Notes: a model not told the origin generated them from the letters alone. Positions 19,840-30,114 are shown, counted from the stretch's first letter. The stretch is DNA of 58,717 bases from an uncultured Tannerella sp. (GCA_964442765.1 CAYUAK010000230.1:1-58717), one strand, 5' to 3'. Numbers and translations: made by a program.

Positions 19840-20745
19840 TTAAACCCTGATTATGGCCGCATTTTTTTCAAGTAGCAGAAAGGGGTGATAAGAGAGTTTG
19901 GATTGGCGCAGGCCGGGGATGCCCAAATCTTCTTCCCTATTAATATAAACATATTGTTGTGGAATACGTTTGGAGAACTCTCGGCCTATAAGGCTAAAAA
20001 CGCCATCATAGCGGATGTCAGCTTTTTCGACATGAACGCCGAAAGTCACTTGGTTGATAGGCGAACCGTAGGTGAACGCGACGATGTTATTTTCGACAAC
20101 GATGGCGCCTCCCTGAAGTCCTAACGCATCGAAATGCTCCAAAGCAAAAGTCATTGAGCTTTGTTCGTGAAGTAAGTCTTTGTTGTTTTCTGCTGCTTTA
20201 TTTGCCTCATACCAGATTTGTCCTAATTGTTTACATTCAGATATAATATCCTTTGTTACAGGCAGATATGTATAATCATACTGCTTGATAAACTGATTAA
20301 TATGGTTGCGTTTGGGTTGATATTTTTTACCTTTTAGTTGTATCAAATCGTCACGTAGATAGATATAATCGAAGTAATCCCGTTCTACAATAAATCTAAA
20401 CTGACGAAGAAACAGCTTTTCGATGTTGTTTTTGTTTTCGGAAGTAACGCCTAAAATCAATAACGGATGGCCGGATGTTTCCGAATCTTTTTCCATAAGG
20501 CTAATGGCATGTTGCAGGTCGCCGTCTCCCACAGGAAACATATAAACCAAGCGTTTTTGTTTTTTTTCTTCGATGTAAAAGCGGATGAACAAAAACCCGT
20601 CCTGGACGGCAAATTCGGTATTGTACAGAAAGCGCCAACTGCACATATTAGCAAAAGCATAATCGCAATTGGGCAGATTACTCGAATAAGTATAATCGGT
20701 AATCGTCTTTTTATCTTCTATTTCGATAGACTTAAAAGTTAGCAT
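19840..20745 (-). CDS. DUF2156 domain protein (aminoacyl-tRNA-dependent transferase fold)
   Basis: RDYFDYIY, LKGKKYQPKRNHIN, VHVEKAD, YINREEDLGIPGLRQSKLSYHP. Confidence 0.9.
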   Translation of the reverse strand: MLTFKSIEIEDKKTITDYTYSSNLPNCDYAFANMCSWRFLYNTEFAVQDGFLFIRFYIEEKKQKRLVYMFPVGDGDLQHAISLMEKDSETSGHPLLILGVTSENKNNIEKLFLRQFRFIVERDYFDYIYLRDDLIQLKGKKYQPKRNHINQFIKQYDYTYLPVTKDIISECKQLGQIWYEANKAAENNKDLLHEQSSMTFALEHFDALGLQGGAIVVENNIVAFTYGSPINQVTFGVHVEKADIRYDGVFSLIGREFSKRIPQQYVYINREEDLGIPGLRQSKLSYHPFLLLEKNAAIIRV

Positions 20746-20773
20746 TTAGTTAATTTTAACATTTTGAAAATTA

Positions 20774-20799
20774 ACATCCCCCTGTCCCTTCAAAGGGGG
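20774..20799 (-). repeat. REP-like element, copy 2 (supplies the stop codon of the PHP gene)
   Basis: Reverse complement CCCCCTTTGAAGGGACAGGGGGATGT; TGA at 20792-20790. Confidence 0.88.
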
Positions 20800-21644
20800 A
20801 GTAGGGACACCTCTTGCCATGTCCCTTTGACAAGCTCGCGGGTAGTATTGTAGCCTGCCTCTTTGAGCAAAGCGATGGCTTCAGACCGTCCGGCATTTAT
20901 CAGATGGGGCTCGTGGCAGTCGGAACTGACAATAACAGGTATCTCTCTCTTTTTTAACTCTTTAAAGGACGTGATATGGGGATAGGTCAGACGTTTTCGG
21001 GGTAAGTTTTTGCAGTTTATTTCGACGATGAGGCCTTTTTCGGCTATTAAATCAAGAAGTTGTAAAAAAGGCTTTTGATACCAGCTTGCTTGGAGGTCGA
21101 AATCCGGATGTTTGCTCGCGTTCATATAGATCTTATCGATGTGTCCCACTACATCAAACCCGCCTGTTTCGACCATAAGCATCGATGATTCAAAGCAGTA
21201 CTCAACCATGCGACGAATATTTCCGTCAAAAAAGGTAATAAGTCCAACCTCGAAGTCTCGATAAGCGCCATCAATACATACCATGTTTTTCGCCGACAGG
21301 GTAGGCGAACAGGCTAAGAAATGTATAGCGCTAATCCGGTAGTCGAGCGGTAGTGTCTGGAAAAAAGGGATAGCAGCATTGTACGTTTTATCTAAGAAAT
21401 CGATTTCCATGCCGAGGTAAATTTCAATAATACCGTCATACTTATTTTTGAGCCGTTGGATTTCAGTGATATATTCCGGCACATCTAATAGAGACATGTT
21501 CCAAAATGTCTCAAACGGGATAGGCGAATGGGATGAGAAGCCATAAGCGCGAAAGCCTTTTGATATAGCAAACTGGATGAAGTTTTCCGGATGACTTTGT
21601 CCGTCGCAAAAAGTACAGTGGCTATGGAAGTTACTATTACCCAT
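20790..21644 (-). CDS. Histidinol-phosphatase, PHP (HisJ) family
   Basis: NFHSHCTFCDG, GFSSHSP, GMEID, GHIDK, SSDCH. Confidence 0.88.
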   Translation of the reverse strand: MGNSNFHSHCTFCDGQSHPENFIQFAISKGFRAYGFSSHSPIPFETFWNMSLLDVPEYITEIQRLKNKYDGIIEIYLGMEIDFLDKTYNAAIPFFQTLPLDYRISAIHFLACSPTLSAKNMVCIDGAYRDFEVGLITFFDGNIRRMVEYCFESSMLMVETGGFDVVGHIDKIYMNASKHPDFDLQASWYQKPFLQLLDLIAEKGLIVEINCKNLPRKRLTYPHITSFKELKKREIPVIVSSDCHEPHLINAGRSEAIALLKEAGYNTTRELVKGTWQEVSLLPL

Positions 21645-21705
21645 TAATTAGTTTTCAGTTTTCAGGAATTATCTGATTAATCATTAATCACTATTCATTA
21701 ATCAC
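21645..21705 (-). repeat. Two-block heptamer array at the kbl-PHP junction
   Basis: Minus strand: TAATGAA TAGTGAT TAATGAT TAATCAG ... CTGAAAA CTGAAAA CTAATTA ATG. Confidence 0.7.
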
Positions 21706-22884
21706 CTCTAATTCTTTTCCGACGCGGATAAAGGCTTCGATGGCTTTGTCGATGTGCGATGTCTCGTGTCCGGCAGATAGTTGAACACGGATGCGGGCTT
21801 GTCCTTTGGGTACGACGGGGTAATAAAAGCCGGTAACATAGATGCCATTTTCCTGCATTCGCTGTGCAAAGACCTGTGATAGACGGGCATCGTACAGCAT
21901 GACAGCGCAGATAGCCGATTGGGTCGGTTTGATGTCAAAGCCGGCCTGTTTCATCCTGTCGTGGAAATAAGCTACATTTTCTGACAATTTGGCATGTAGA
22001 TAGTCGCTTTCTGTCAGCATCTTAAACATCTCAAGACCTGCTCCCACGATAGCAGGGGCTACAGAGTTAGAAAAAAGATAAGGCCGGGAGCGTTGGCGTA
22101 ACATGTCAATAATCTCTCGGTGTCCGGTGGTGAAGCCACCCATCGCACCGCCAAAAGATTTGCCGAGCGTACCGGTGAAAATATCAATTTTCCCGTATAC
22201 ATTATATAATTCGGCAACGCCGTGCCCTGTAGGTCCGACAACGCCTGCCGAATGGGATTCATCGACCATCACAAGCGCATCGTATTTTTCGGCAAGCGCA
22301 CAAATGCGATCCATGGGAGCCACATTTCCGTCCATCGAAAAAACGCCGTCGGTAACTATCAACCGGTGACGTTGTGATAGAGCTTCTTGGAGGCATTGTT
22401 CAAGTTCGACCATATCGGCATTCGAATAGCGATACCGTTTGGCTTTACATAGCCGGACGCCGTCGATGATAGAAGCGTGGTTGAGAGCATCGGAAATGAT
22501 GGCATCTTCTTCGCTTAACAAAGGCTCGAAAAGGCCGCCGTTAGCATCAAAACAGGAGCTGTAGAGGATGGTGTCGTCCGTTTTAAAATAGTCTGAAATC
22601 GCTGCTTCGAGCTGTTTATGAAGGTCTTGTGTGCCACAAATAAAGCGGACGGACGACATCCCGAACCCGCGCGCGTCCATCGCTTTTTTAGCAGCCGCTA
22701 TCAATCGGGGATGGTCCGACAAGCCTAAATAATTATTGGCACAGAAATTGAGAACCTCGTCGCCATCATTCACGCAAATATCCGCCTTTTGAGGCGAACG
22801 AATGATGCGTTCTTTCTTGAATAAACCAGCTTTCTCTATCTCAGAGAGTTCATATTGAAGGAATTGTTGAAATTTACTGTACAT
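21691..22884 (-). CDS. kbl: 2-amino-3-ketobutyrate CoA ligase (glycine C-acetyltransferase)
   Basis: NFCANNYLGL, SVRFICGT, DALNHASIIDG, GTLGKSFGG, ARIRVQLSA; start MYSKF. Confidence 0.96.
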   Translation of the reverse strand: MYSKFQQFLQYELSEIEKAGLFKKERIIRSPQKADICVNDGDEVLNFCANNYLGLSDHPRLIAAAKKAMDARGFGMSSVRFICGTQDLHKQLEAAISDYFKTDDTILYSSCFDANGGLFEPLLSEEDAIISDALNHASIIDGVRLCKAKRYRYSNADMVELEQCLQEALSQRHRLIVTDGVFSMDGNVAPMDRICALAEKYDALVMVDESHSAGVVGPTGHGVAELYNVYGKIDIFTGTLGKSFGGAMGGFTTGHREIIDMLRQRSRPYLFSNSVAPAIVGAGLEMFKMLTESDYLHAKLSENVAYFHDRMKQAGFDIKPTQSAICAVMLYDARLSQVFAQRMQENGIYVTGFYYPVVPKGQARIRVQLSAGHETSHIDKAIEAFIRVGKELEVINE

Positions 22885-23033
22885 ATTATTTCCATTTTTT
22901 TGCATTAAAAGAACCGCAAATTTAGTCATAAAAACTCATTTTGCTATAAATGCGCAATAATTATTTTATCCGTTTATGCGGAAATTTAAAATATTCATGT
23001 AATTTTGCGGTTGATTTTTTTCAATAAACGACA

Positions 23034-23996
23034 ATGAGAAATATTTTAGTGATTGGCTCTACCGGACAGATTGGTTCGGAGCTGACCTTAGAGTTGAGAA
23101 AACGGTATCCGACAGGCACCGTTGTAGCCGGCTATATTCCCGGCGCAAAACCCAAGGGTGAATTAGCCGAAACGGGGCCTTCGGCTACAGTGGATATTAC
23201 GAATGAACAGCAGATTGCGGAGGCCGTTTCGCGTTACAATGTGGATACGATTTATAATTTGGCAGCGCTGCTATCGGCAGTGGCTGAAGCCAAACCGCTT
23301 TTAGCCTGGAATATCGGTATTGGAGGGCTATTCAAAGTGTTAGAGGTAGCCCGTGAAATGAACTGCGCTGTTTTTACACCCAGTTCGATTGGCGTTTTTG
23401 GCCCTGATGCACAGAAGGTTAAGACACCGCAAAACTCGGTTCGCAACCCGCTGACCATGTATGGACTGACAAAAGTAACGGGCGAGTTGTTGAGTGACTA
23501 TTATTTTAAACGTTATCAGGTAGATACGCGCGCAGTGCGTTTTCCCGGACTTATCTCGTATGTGGCGCCTCCAGGCGGAGGGACTACCGATTATGCCGTA
23601 GATATTTTCTATGCGGCGGTAAAAGGGGAGAAGTTCGTTTGCCCCATAGCGGCAGGCACTTTTATGGATATGATGTATATGCCCGACGACATACAAGCTG
23701 CCATACAAATCATGGAAGCAGATGTTTCTCGGCTTAAACAACGAAATACTTTTAATGTGACAGCCATGAGTTTCGATCCGGAAATCATTTATAATGAGAT
23801 AAAAAAATACTATCCGGATTTTAAAATGGAGTATCATGTTGACCCGCTGCGACAACGCATAGCAGAATCGTGGCCGGATTCGTTAGATGATTCCTGTGCA
23901 CGGGAAGAATGGGATTGGAACCCTGTGTTTGACTTGGAAACGATGACAAAAGACATGATAGAGAAGTTAAAATTAAAATTAAATGTAAATCCATGA
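23034..23996 (+). CDS. L-threonine 3-dehydrogenase (SDR/epimerase type)
   Basis: GSTGQIG, YGLTK (YxxxK), PGGGTTDYAV, MMYMPD, SWPDSLDDS; divergent from kbl. Confidence 0.88.
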   Translation: MRNILVIGSTGQIGSELTLELRKRYPTGTVVAGYIPGAKPKGELAETGPSATVDITNEQQIAEAVSRYNVDTIYNLAALLSAVAEAKPLLAWNIGIGGLFKVLEVAREMNCAVFTPSSIGVFGPDAQKVKTPQNSVRNPLTMYGLTKVTGELLSDYYFKRYQVDTRAVRFPGLISYVAPPGGGTTDYAVDIFYAAVKGEKFVCPIAAGTFMDMMYMPDDIQAAIQIMEADVSRLKQRNTFNVTAMSFDPEIIYNEIKKYYPDFKMEYHVDPLRQRIAESWPDSLDDSCAREEWDWNPVFDLETMTKDMIEKLKLKLNVNP

Positions 23997-24069
23997 CGGA
24001 TTAAATAAAATGTTGTATTTTTGCACACTCAGTAAAATATAATATTAACGATAAATATTTGAAAAAGAG

Positions 24070-24609
24070 ATGGTTAAGAAGATTGGAAACATCATCCCCG
24101 AGACTTTTTTTGTCGCCAAAGGCAGTGGCGATTCGGATTTGGAAAAGCATGCCGGTTCCTATCACATGGCTTTGTATGATGCCGGTATTGCCGATTTTAA
24201 CATTATGACGTATTCGTCTGTTATCCCCGGTACCGCACGTTTGGTGTCAATTGATGAGGTGGATTTGCCCCCTTTTGGTTCCGAACTCAAAACGATTATG
24301 GCTGTTTCGCACGGCTTTCAGGATGAGTTTGTATCAGCAGGGATCGTTTATGCCTGGATGTACCGAGATGAAAATTTCGACGATAAAGTCGGCGGGCTTG
24401 TCTGTGAAGTGAGCGGTCGTTATCGCATCGAAGAATTAGAAGCCAGGCTTATACGTGTGATTAATGACTTGCATCAGCGAACCTATCACAAATATTATTT
24501 AGGTGAACTGAATTTTGTCACCGAAGGCATCACGATTGAAAAGCGTTATGGAACGGCTATAGCCGGGCTTTGTTTCGTGGATTTCCAGTTGATAGAGATC
24601 AAAAAGTAA
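24070..24609 (+). CDS. Pyruvoyl-dependent arginine decarboxylase
   Basis: ALYDAGIADFNIMTYSSVIP, containing the self-cleavage Ser-Ser site. Confidence 0.85.
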   Translation: MVKKIGNIIPETFFVAKGSGDSDLEKHAGSYHMALYDAGIADFNIMTYSSVIPGTARLVSIDEVDLPPFGSELKTIMAVSHGFQDEFVSAGIVYAWMYRDENFDDKVGGLVCEVSGRYRIEELEARLIRVINDLHQRTYHKYYLGELNFVTEGITIEKRYGTAIAGLCFVDFQLIEIKK

Positions 24610-24617
24610 CTGTTATT

Positions 24618-24660
24618 CAGCACAGAGTTCACAGAGGAACACAGAGAGCCACAGAGAAAA
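24618..24660 (+). repeat. CACAGAG x4 array
   Basis: CAG-CACAGAG-tt-CACAGAG-gaa-CACAGAG-agc-CACAGAG-aaaa just after the stop codon. Confidence 0.85.
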
Positions 24661-24726
24661 ACCGGTTACAAATTGGCATCTCTTAGGGGAAATGAAGTTT
24701 TTTTGAAATGAATTTATTTAACAAAT

Positions 24727-26367
24727 ATGAAGATTTTTTTTACAATTTTTGGGAGTGTTTCGCTTTTGCTTTTTAGCGTGGAGGCGTTAGCTTGTACCGG
24801 GTTTCTTGTTGGCAAAAAAGCCTCTGCGGATGGCTCGGTGATGATATCCTACGCGGCTGATTCGCATTCGCTATACGGCGAGATGTACCATTGGCCGGCA
24901 GCCCGGTGGCCGAAAGACGCTATGCTCGATGTCATAGAGTGGGATTCAGGCAAACCGCTTGGGCAGATACCGCAAGTTGAGCAAACGTATTCGGTCGTCG
25001 GTAATATGAACGAATATCAAGTAGCTATTACGGAAACCACTTATGGCGGTCGTCCTGAATTGGTTGATACTACCGGGATCATGGATTACGGAAGCCTTAT
25101 TTACATTGCATTGCAACGTTCCAAGACCGCCCGCGAAGCCATCCGGGTGATGACCGATTTGGTAGCGACGCATGGCTATTGCAGCAGCGGCGAATCGTTT
25201 TCGGTAGCCGACAAAAACGAGGCCTGGATTTTGGAGATGATAGGCAAAGGACCCGGACGAAAAGGAGCTGTCTGGGTGGCTATCCGTATCCCCGACGACT
25301 GTATCTCGGCCCATGCCAACCAATCCCGTATACACCAGATACCTTTTGGCGATAAGGAAAACTGTATATATGCTCCCGATGTGGTGTCGTTCGCACGTGA
25401 GAAAGGGTATTTCAAAGGTAATGATAAGGATTTCAGTTTTACAAATGCTTACTGCCCTTACGAGTTTGGGGGATTGCGAGGATGCGAAGCGCGTGTATGG
25501 TCGTTTTTCCGCAAATACGACCCCTCGATAGAACAGTTTAAGGAACTCATCAAAGGCGATGTTACAAAAGCGCCGATGCCTTTGTATATCAAGCCGAACC
25601 GCAAGCTGTCGCTTCAGGATGTCATAGATGGGATGCGCGACCATTATGAAGGTACCGATTTAGATATGACGAAAGATATTGGGGCCGGCCCTTACAAAGT
25701 TCCGTACCGATGGCGTCCGATGCGTTTTAAAGTTGATGGACAGGAATATGTAAACGAACGAGCTATCGCAACCCAACAATCCGGGTTTGTGATTGTGCCG
25801 CAAATGCGTGACTGGCTTCCCGATGCCATCGGCGGGATACTTTGGTTTGCAACAGATGATGCCGATATGACGATTTTCAATCCCGTTTATTGCTCATCGC
25901 TCACTGTTCCAGAGTGTTATCGCGTGGGTAACGGCGATATGTATACTTTTTCATGGACCTCGGCATTTTGGATCCACAACTGGGTTGCCAACATGGCTTA
26001 CGGCAAATATAGCTTTATGATACAGGATATTCGGAAAGTGCAACAAGAGTTGGAACACGAGTACCGGCAGAAAATACCCGTCATTGATAAGGCGGCTTTA
26101 GAATTATACAAACAAGACCCGACAGAGGCACGTAAGTTCCTGACCTGGTTCAGCACAACAACTGCCGACCAGGCAACTGAGAGGTGGAAAAAGTTGGGCG
26201 AATACCTGTTAGTGAAATACATCGACGGGAATGTGAAGAAAGAAGAGAACGGACAGTTCAAACGCTCACCGTATGCCATGCCGGTTGCGCCTGATTTCCC
26301 GGGATATAACGAAGATTATTACCGGTCGATAGTGAACAGCACCGGCGATAGATTGAAAGTGAAATAA
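24727..26367 (+). CDS. C69 family dipeptidase
   Basis: Signal peptide followed by the catalytic N-terminal Cys (ACTGFLVGKKASADGS); NMNEYQVAITETT, SAHANQSRI. Confidence 0.93.
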   Translation: MKIFFTIFGSVSLLLFSVEALACTGFLVGKKASADGSVMISYAADSHSLYGEMYHWPAARWPKDAMLDVIEWDSGKPLGQIPQVEQTYSVVGNMNEYQVAITETTYGGRPELVDTTGIMDYGSLIYIALQRSKTAREAIRVMTDLVATHGYCSSGESFSVADKNEAWILEMIGKGPGRKGAVWVAIRIPDDCISAHANQSRIHQIPFGDKENCIYAPDVVSFAREKGYFKGNDKDFSFTNAYCPYEFGGLRGCEARVWSFFRKYDPSIEQFKELIKGDVTKAPMPLYIKPNRKLSLQDVIDGMRDHYEGTDLDMTKDIGAGPYKVPYRWRPMRFKVDGQEYVNERAIATQQSGFVIVPQMRDWLPDAIGGILWFATDDADMTIFNPVYCSSLTVPECYRVGNGDMYTFSWTSAFWIHNWVANMAYGKYSFMIQDIRKVQQELEHEYRQKIPVIDKAALELYKQDPTEARKFLTWFSTTTADQATERWKKLGEYLLVKYIDGNVKKEENGQFKRSPYAMPVAPDFPGYNEDYYRSIVNSTGDRLKVK

Positions 26368-26385
26368 ATTTAATTAGGTTTCATT

Positions 26386-26433
26386 CCCCCTTTGAAGCCG
26401 TGTCTGCCGACAGGCAGGGGGGCAGGGGGATGT
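26386..26433 (+). repeat. REP-like element, copy 3, with a 21-nt palindromic insertion
   Basis: CCCCCTTTGAAG [CCGTGTCTGCCGACAGGCAGG] GGGGCAGGGGGATGT. Confidence 0.85.
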
Positions 26434-26478
26434 AAAAAGTTTTAAGAAATTATTGTCAATATAAACAATTTGAAGCGT

Positions 26479-26997
26479 ATGAGAGTACTATTATTAATAA
26501 CAGTTTTCGTAATAGTTTTTACGAATGGATTTGCACAGCGGAGGGTACCCGGCGAAAAAGGTGTTTCGTCGGTGGGTGTTATTGTTGGATATGGTATAGA
26601 AACAGAAAAAGCAGTCGCAGGGATTGATTACAGGTATAACATCTTGGACAAGGTGCGCCTGGCGCCTTCGGTTTTATATAATGTTAAAAGGAATGAGGCG
26701 GATATCTTGTATGTCAATGCGGATGTGCATTATCTGGCGCGTATCACGCCCAAAATAACCCTGTACCCTTTAGGTGGCCTTGGCGTTTTTGTCTGGCGAA
26801 ATTGGGTTCCGGAGCTGGTTGGCTTTACTGTCAAAAAACAAACCGAATCGGATTTGCGCATTGGGCTTAACTTAGGCTTTGGCGGGGAGATGCGTATAAC
26901 GAAAGACTTTATATTAGGCGCAGAGTTTAGATATAACTGGACAAAACAGTTCTACAACCAGGCGATGCTATTGGCACGGTTTGCCTATTATTTCTGA
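26479..26997 (+). CDS. Small outer-membrane beta-barrel protein
   Basis: Signal peptide, alternating beta-strands, C-terminal AYYF. Confidence 0.85.
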   Translation: MRVLLLITVFVIVFTNGFAQRRVPGEKGVSSVGVIVGYGIETEKAVAGIDYRYNILDKVRLAPSVLYNVKRNEADILYVNADVHYLARITPKITLYPLGGLGVFVWRNWVPELVGFTVKKQTESDLRIGLNLGFGGEMRITKDFILGAEFRYNWTKQFYNQAMLLARFAYYF

Positions 26998-26999
26998 TA

Positions 27000-28367
27000 A
27001 TGAAGACCAAAACCGTCTATGTATGTTCCGATTGCGGAGCCGAATCGGTGAAGTGGATCGGTAAGTGCCCGTCGTGTAGTGGATGGAACACCTATAAAGA
27101 AGAAACGGTTAGTAAAGAGCCGGTTGTGCAGCGTGCATTTGGCAACGTCGAGCGTAGCAAAACCAAACCGAAGCTATTGCGGGATGTGACGCTTATAGAA
27201 GAGGCGCGTTTGGATTTAAACGACGGTGAGCTGAACAGGGTGTTAGGTGGCGGACTTGTCAAAGGTTCGCTCGTCCTGATAGGCGGCGAACCGGGGATAG
27301 GCAAATCGACGCTCGTTCTGCAGACAGTGTTAGGTCTTCAATCGTTACAAGTATTATATGTTTCGGGAGAAGAAAGCGCGCAGCAATTGAAACTGCGCGC
27401 CGACAGACTGACTGAAGAGGCTGATGCACCGGCTAACTGTTATGTGCTTTGCGAAACGAACCTCGAACAGGTTTTTGTGCAAGCCCAACAAATTCAACCC
27501 GATTTGCTGATTATCGATTCCATTCAGACTATGTTTACCGAGTTGGCGGAATCGTCGCCGGGAACCGTCACCCAAGTGCGCGAGTGTAGTGCGGCGATAT
27601 TGAAATATGCCAAAGAGACCGGTACGCCGGTAGTTTTGATAGGGCATATAAACAAAGAAGGCAGTATAGCCGGCCCCAAAGTGTTGGAACATATTGTGGA
27701 TACTGTGCTTCAGTTTGAGGGCGACAGGCAATACATGTATCGTATCCTGCGCAGCATCAAAAACCGCTTCGGGAGTACGTCCGAATTGGGTATTTATGAG
27801 ATGCGCCAGAACGGACTGCGGCAGGTAGATAATCCTTCGGAGTTATTATTGACAGAAAACCATGAAGGATTGAGCGGGGTAGCCATAGCCGCTGCCATCG
27901 AAGGCGTCCGCCCGTTTTTGATAGAGACACAATCGTTAGTCAGTTCGGCTGTGTATGGTAACCCGCAACGCAGCGCTACCGGCTTTGATATACGCCGTAT
28001 GAACATGCTATTAGCTGTTTTGGAAAAACGGGCAGGCTTCAAACTGATGCAAAAAGATGTGTTCTTGAACATTGCCGGCGGGTTGCGGGTAAGCGACCCG
28101 GCCATCGACTTGCCTATCATCTGCGCCATACTGTCGTCCAGCTTAGATATAGCCATCGAGCGCGGCGTATGTATGGCCGGCGAAGTAGGGCTTTCCGGCG
28201 AAATACGTCCGGTGACGCGCATCGAACAACGCATACAGGAGGCCGAAAAACTCGGTTTTACCCGTATCATCATCCCCGCTATGAAAGGGGTAGGAGAGCT
28301 AAAAACCAAAATCAAAATTATCAAAGTAAAAAAAGCTGAGGAAGCTTTTAGAGAGCTGTTTGGATAA
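27000..28367 (+). CDS. radA: DNA repair protein RadA/Sms
   Basis: C4 zinc finger, GGEPGIGKST, KNRFG, GEVGLSGEIR. Confidence 0.98.
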   Translation: MKTKTVYVCSDCGAESVKWIGKCPSCSGWNTYKEETVSKEPVVQRAFGNVERSKTKPKLLRDVTLIEEARLDLNDGELNRVLGGGLVKGSLVLIGGEPGIGKSTLVLQTVLGLQSLQVLYVSGEESAQQLKLRADRLTEEADAPANCYVLCETNLEQVFVQAQQIQPDLLIIDSIQTMFTELAESSPGTVTQVRECSAAILKYAKETGTPVVLIGHINKEGSIAGPKVLEHIVDTVLQFEGDRQYMYRILRSIKNRFGSTSELGIYEMRQNGLRQVDNPSELLLTENHEGLSGVAIAAAIEGVRPFLIETQSLVSSAVYGNPQRSATGFDIRRMNMLLAVLEKRAGFKLMQKDVFLNIAGGLRVSDPAIDLPIICAILSSSLDIAIERGVCMAGEVGLSGEIRPVTRIEQRIQEAEKLGFTRIIIPAMKGVGELKTKIKIIKVKKAEEAFRELFG

Positions 28368-28377
28368 GAGTCAGTTT

Positions 28378-28418
28378 CAGCACAGAGACACAGAGGGCAC
28401 AGAGAATCACAGAGAAAA
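28378..28418 (+). repeat. CACAGAG x4 array
   Basis: CAG-CACAGAG-a-CACAGAG-gg-CACAGAG-aat-CACAGAG-aaaa, filling most of the radA-oxidoreductase spacer. Confidence 0.85.
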
Positions 28419-28421
28419 TAA

Positions 28422-29975
28422 ATGATTCGAGAATTACAATTGAGGGTATTACCGGAGGAGGCGGCTAATGAACAGTCGTTGCGAAGGGTTGCTTGTTGCG
28501 AATTGGGGGAAAATCCAGAGACAATAAAAGGAGTACATGTTTTGAAACGTTCCATAGACGCCCGGCAACGAACCATATATATTAATGTATATGTACGGAT
28601 TTTTATAGATGAAGAGCCGGCCGCTATAGCATTCCCCCAAATAGACTATCGGGATGTCTCACATGGCAAGCAAGCTGTCATAGTGGGCGCCGGGCCGGGA
28701 GGGTTGTTTGCTGCACTTCGGTTGATAGAGCGTGGAATAAAACCTGTTGTGATTGAAAGAGGAAAAAACGTCCACGAACGCAAAAAAGATATAGCCCTGA
28801 TAAGCCGCGAACACCGCATCAATCCTGATTCTAACTACTGCTTTGGCGAAGGGGGCGCAGGCGCTTTTTCCGACGGCAAACTATATACCCGCAGCAAGAA
28901 ACGGGGTTCGGTAGAGCGTATCCTGCAAATATTATGCCAGTTTGGTGTTTCGACTTCTATCCTGTCTGATACCCATCCTCATATCGGTTCGGATAAACTG
29001 CCACGAGTTATTGAAAACATACGAAACCGAATCATAGCATCCGGAGGTGAGGTTTATTTTGAGACGTGCTTGGAATCATTGATTATCAATAGGAATGAAG
29101 TTGTTGGCGTTCAAGTGCGGGATGGGCGTTTGTTTATGGGGCCTGTTATCTTAGCAACTGGACACTCGGCACGGGATGTTTATCGCTATTTAGAAACGCA
29201 GCAAATAGCTATTGAGGCGAAAGGGATAGCGGCAGGCATACGGTTAGAGCATCCACAGCAGTTAATAGATGCTATCAGGTATCATCGTCAGGAAGGGCGC
29301 GGCAACTATCTACCTGCTGCCGAATATAGTTTTGTGACGCAGGCATCGGGTAGGGGTGTCTACTCTTTTTGTATGTGTCCCGGAGGATTTATCGTACCTG
29401 CGGCTACCAGGCCGGACGAGGTCGCCGTGAATGGCATGTCGCCGTCGAACCGCAGCTCACGGTGGGCCAATGCCGGTATTGTTGTCGAAATACGCCCCGA
29501 AGACTTGCAAAGCATGTCACTCTTTTCACCCTTATCAATGATGAATTTTCAGGAACAGTTAGAGCGTCAGTGTTGGGTTGAAGGCGGCATGAAGCAGTCG
29601 GCGCCGGCACAACGAATGGTTGATTTTGTGCTAAAAAGGCTTTCATCCGACTTGCCTGACACCTCTTATACTCCCGGCATAACCGAATCGCCCTTACACC
29701 AATGGATGCCGGCGTTTATCACCTCCCGCCTGCGTGAAGGATTTGAACGGTTTAATACAATTTCACGCGGATTCTTAACCAATGAAGCCTGTCTGACAGG
29801 CGTCGAAACGCGCACCTCCTCGCCTGTCCGCATCTTACGGGATAGCGCTACCATGCAGCATATACAATTAAAAGGCCTTTTTCCTTGCGGTGAAGGTGCC
29901 GGTTATGCAGGCGGAATCGTTTCGGCAGCCATCGACGGAGAGCGATGCGCGGAAAGTTTAACAGCCATCCTTTAA
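28422..29975 (+). CDS. NAD(P)/FAD-dependent oxidoreductase
   Basis: GAGPGG, FGEGGAGAFSDGKL, FCMCPGG, GEGAGYAGGIVSAAIDG. Confidence 0.92.
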   Translation: MIRELQLRVLPEEAANEQSLRRVACCELGENPETIKGVHVLKRSIDARQRTIYINVYVRIFIDEEPAAIAFPQIDYRDVSHGKQAVIVGAGPGGLFAALRLIERGIKPVVIERGKNVHERKKDIALISREHRINPDSNYCFGEGGAGAFSDGKLYTRSKKRGSVERILQILCQFGVSTSILSDTHPHIGSDKLPRVIENIRNRIIASGGEVYFETCLESLIINRNEVVGVQVRDGRLFMGPVILATGHSARDVYRYLETQQIAIEAKGIAAGIRLEHPQQLIDAIRYHRQEGRGNYLPAAEYSFVTQASGRGVYSFCMCPGGFIVPAATRPDEVAVNGMSPSNRSSRWANAGIVVEIRPEDLQSMSLFSPLSMMNFQEQLERQCWVEGGMKQSAPAQRMVDFVLKRLSSDLPDTSYTPGITESPLHQWMPAFITSRLREGFERFNTISRGFLTNEACLTGVETRTSSPVRILRDSATMQHIQLKGLFPCGEGAGYAGGIVSAAIDGERCAESLTAIL

Positions 29976-30114
29976 TAATTGAATACAATCGTTCGCAAAA
30001 AAATGTTTTTTTTTGTAGAAATTTAAAAAACAGCTATCTTTGTGGTCGAACTGAGCTAAAGATGTTATCCTTAGTTCCGGTTTTAAAGAAAAAGATTATT
30101 AAATAGCTAATGAT

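Noticed and set aside
24618-28418. CACAGAG arrays and REP copies as a CRISPR array
   Set aside because: The units and spacers are far too short or dispersed, and no cas genes are present.
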